From: Azolla caroliniana
Taxonomy: Eukaryota; Plantae; Polypodiophyta
Assembly: GCA_043228905.1 (NCBI GenBank)
Contig: JBHGNT010000017.1
Location: forward strand, 15,748,001 to 15,812,000
Reading direction: 5' to 3'
Length of the DNA: 64,000 nt
Made by a program: the position numbers and the translations under genes
Shown: in pieces, positions 60,970 to 64,000 of the stretch
Position numbering within the stretch: the stretch's first letter is position 1
How the letters are laid out: the number at the start of each line of letters is the position of its first letter
Notes under the pieces: model-generated
The model's input: the letters and a program-made list of their open reading frames with translations, nothing else
Databases searched by the model: none
Told to the model about the DNA's origin: nothing

Positions 60970-63030
60970 ATGGAGAATCAACAAGAGGCAATGAGTATAA
61001 CGATGATGATGATGTTCGAACGAATGCTACAAGAACAACGAGCGATGTCGGAGATCACGGCGGTAGTAAAGCGGCTCGTACAACGAAACGGACAATTCAA
61101 CGGAAACGATCTGTCACGCTATCTACATGACTACAAGGCAGAGATGATACGATGTGGGATACCGGAAGGATTGCAAGTGACATCCTTCAATCGGGTGGCC
61201 ACGGATGAGCTACAAGAAAGAATCTACAAGATACGGCAACAAAATCCAACATGGGGGTCCTTCGAAGAAGCTTTACGAGAGGCATATGATTACAAGAGAT
61301 CGAAGGGAAAAGATCGGCGAGAATTCGACGAATGGGTGGCATCGGAGAAGACCCACCGAAGTGCAACACAAGCATTCCTAGAGTTCGAGCATCGTTTTGC
61401 TCGACTCTCGGAGCGAGAACAACGATTGGTGGGAGAGGATAAAGTCCTAATGTTCGTAAAATCGATCGATCGAAAAGAAAGGAAGGACATCGGGATCGAA
61501 CTCGAAGACGATGACGGTGCGAATGGTCTTACCGAAGATTGGGCCGAAGTCCAAAGGGTATGCCGGAGACATGATGAGAGGAAGATGAGAATCTTGTCAA
61601 CGACATGGCCGATGAAGGATGGTCGATTGAAGACAAACGATGGAGCCGATATGAAGGCCGAAATACAACATGATGGTGCGACGGAAGAGGGTGTAAAACA
61701 AGCTACCCTCTTGTCTTGCGAAAGAACAACGACGAAGGATAAGGCCGATAACCCAAGTATAGAAGAAGATTTCAGAATACAAGTGTCCGAAACATCGGGT
61801 GAAAAAGGGGTAAGCATAATTGATGCAGTGAAAGAGAGCAAAGAGGACTTGATTAAGGAGGTCGCCACGAAAGATGACATCGAATCGAAGGTGGCTATGG
61901 ATGAATCAATGACGGATGGCCATATCGAGACTTCCCCACCACTAATTCTAGAGACTCCGGCGGTTGCGTTCGAAAGGCAACGTGAGACCGAAGAGACGGA
62001 AGGTGGCGGAGAGAAAACAAAGGTCGAAGTCGATGCATACGAAGGAGAGATAGCCGAGAATATGGCTATGGGTGAAACAATGGAGGATGATAATACCGAG
62101 GATTCCTGCCCACTAATCCTAGAGACTTCGGCGGTTGTATTCGAGAACCAACGTGAGACCGGAGAGACAGGAGGTGGCGGCAAGAAAGGTAAAGTCGGAA
62201 GCCGGTTCGGATGGAAGGTGATCCGGACAGGATTCCGATCCGAAAGAAAGCCGAACCGGGTAAAAGAGGATTCGACCGAAAGCCGACCCGAAAGAAAGCC
62301 GAACCGAAAGGAAGAGAATTCGGCCGAAAGACGACACAAACGAAAGCCGAACCGGGCGAATGAGGATTCGGCCGAAAGACGACCCGAAAGAAAGCCGACC
62401 CGAAAAGGGGTCGAATCGGTCAAAACCGATTGACCGAGTCTGACTTGGCCGAACGCGAATATGGATGGAAGCCGACCTAGCCGAAAGCCGATCGGACGAG
62501 ACCGATCCAGAAAGAAGCTAATCCGACTCAACCGGAGGTTGGACCGGTCGAGGCTGGTGAAAATGAGGAAAAGAAAGCCAACTGAAACCGAAACCGATAG
62601 ATCAAAACCGGGGCGGAAGGAGACCAACTCAATCGAAACCGAACAACCGATTCCGATTCGGCCGAATACGAATCCGATCGGAAGCCGATCAAACCGAAAG
62701 TCGATCGGACGAGAGCGATCCGGAAAAAAGTCAAGGTTGATGAAGACAAGAAAGAGGCCAGTAAAAGACACTACCACGAATGACAAGGGCCAAGAATATG
62801 ACGAGAGAGAACAAAGAATATGGTGGATCGGATGGCGACAATGGTTCGGGTGGAAAGAATGGGTCTACTCAAAATGGAGAGACAAAGTTGACATAGCGGG
62901 ACAAACGGAGGATGAAGGGGAGACAACGAGCATCGGCAACTTCGGCACATACCGGAGGATGTGCGGGTTCGGAGGGGGCGAGTGTCGTAGTGTATTTCGT
63001 ACACTACGTGAAAAAGTAAAAATAATATAA
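60970..63030 (+). CDS. Gag-derived protein of element I: capsid-like N-terminus, acidic and basic repeat regions, Trp-rich C-terminus; one in-frame TGA at 62431-62433
   Basis: N-terminus aligns with Gypsy-G Gag (GQFNGNDLSRYLHDYKAEM vs GRFVGKDATSYLEAYQAEM; LMFVKSID vs LLFVKSVD). ORFs 60949..62433 and 62461..63030 are in the same frame. Confidence 0.8.
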
Positions 63031-63732
63031 CCGATTTAATTACATATAAATAAATAAAATAATATATCAAGATATTTATCACGTGCATAGGGCAAGATTC
63101 GAACCCTATACCTCCACGTAGCCAAACCTCAACTTTACCATTATACTACCTTATCTTTAGTGTTCTATAAATAGATTTAATAACTATAAGTGCTTTATTT
63201 GCGCCTACCTTTATTAAAAGGTAAATCGTGCATTTTTAGAGTGTGTGAATATTTTATAGAAAAAAACGCAAGCAACTAAAAAGTGACTCGTGCACATCTA
63301 GCGTGCATGAGCACTATATTTAGCAAATAAAAGCAAGGATTAGAAAAGCATCACATGCATATTTAGTGTGCATGAACATATTAGAAAAAAAAGCATGTAG
63401 CTATGCTTAGTCTCTCCCATCACTACATAAGGATGGGGAGCACAATGTAATAGGTGTGTGAAATATTTGGGAAATTGGATATATTTCCTAAAACACCAAT
63501 TAACAAACTATACTCGTGGGATTCACGAGATTTCTATATCTTTCTCTATCAATCTAAATACATATTCTTACATAAATATTAATCAATAAAATACATTATA
63601 CTTGTGGGATTCACAAGTTTCTAATAATCTACTCATAATTATAATAGTCTCAAATTCTTCCTCCTCCTAGTCCAAAACCCCGGTGGTTCCCACCCGACTC
63701 ACGCAAACGATCCGGAGCCGAAAGGCACGACA
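62983..63732 (+). repeat. 3' LTR of element I
   Basis: Direct repeat of 60182-60931, preceded by the PPT. Confidence 0.97.
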
Positions 63733-64000
63733 GCGTAAGTCTACAAAACCTATTGTGTGGAATGCTACACTAGACCTTGCATTTAAGGAACTCAAGGACC
63801 TAGTTTGCAAGGCTCCTTCACTTCTTTTACCTGATCCTTCAAAACCTTTTGAGGTTGAAACCGATGCAAGCGATTATGCTATAGGTGTTGTCTTGTATCA
63901 AGATGGTAAACCAATAGCATTCGAGAGTAAGAAACTTGATTCTGCTCAATGTCGGTATACCGTTCAAGAAAAGGAATTATTTGCAGTTATACATGCGCTC

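Larger units (their letters stand above)
60182..63732 (+). mobile_element. Young non-autonomous gag-only LTR element I (TR-GAG-like), 3551 bp, 4-bp TSD GCGT
   Basis: 750-bp LTRs 60182-60931 and 62983-63732 (one substitution seen by eye); tRNA-Trp PBS 60936-60952; PPT 62971-62982; GCGT at 60178-60181 and 63733-63736; no PR, RT or IN motifs. Confidence 0.93.
55602..64000 (+). mobile_element. Ty3/Gypsy element H (chromovirus-like RT, iMet PBS); runs off the window end; interrupted by element I
   Basis: LTR 55602-56046 with TATA at about 55780; PBS TGGTATCAGA 56049-56058; single gag-PR-RT frame ([49 protein letters not shown]); RNase H (ETDASDYAIG) after 63737. A chromodomain would lie outside the window. 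Confidence 0.93.
57734..64000 (+). pseudogene. Gypsy-H gag-pol; stop at 60086-60088, interrupted 60182-63736, frame resumes at 63737
   Basis: Removing element I and one TSD copy restores KGQTRKSTKPIVWN...FEVETDASD. Confidence 0.9.

Noticed and set aside
61290-62786. 498-aa antisense ORF in element I
   Set aside because: Low-complexity S/F/R-rich mirror of a purine-rich, repetitive sense ORF with no recognisable motif; would need conservation data to revive.

Overview
Eukaryotic DNA, most likely from a non-seed land plant (inferred from the gene and element types; species not determinable). One intact host gene, an 11-exon ABCG half-transporter of the ABCG11/WBC type (CDS 28637-41386, +), sits between two nests of transposable elements. 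Left nest (1-21.5 kb): two Copia elements inserted in a decayed Gypsy, an older Copia carrying a solo LTR, and a LINE 3' end. Right nest (42-64 kb): Copia, LTR element, LTR-like repeat, Sola-like DNA transposon, Gypsy, second Gypsy, young gag-only element. The main finding is a coherent retroelement system. A tRNA-Trp-primed Gypsy lineage encodes Gag-PR in ORF1 and appears to reach RT by a -1 frameshift at GGAUUUU plus a covarying stem/pseudoknot. A pol-less partner element (4-bp TSD) shares its PBS, U5 and PPT motifs and encodes Gag ending in a Trp-rich peptide. That peptide is conserved, with synonymous changes, in a second element with an unrelated LTR. A different Gypsy has a 1.7-kb leader with five repeated stem-loops inside a predicted intron. 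All calls were made by eye; no database searches or folding computations were run.
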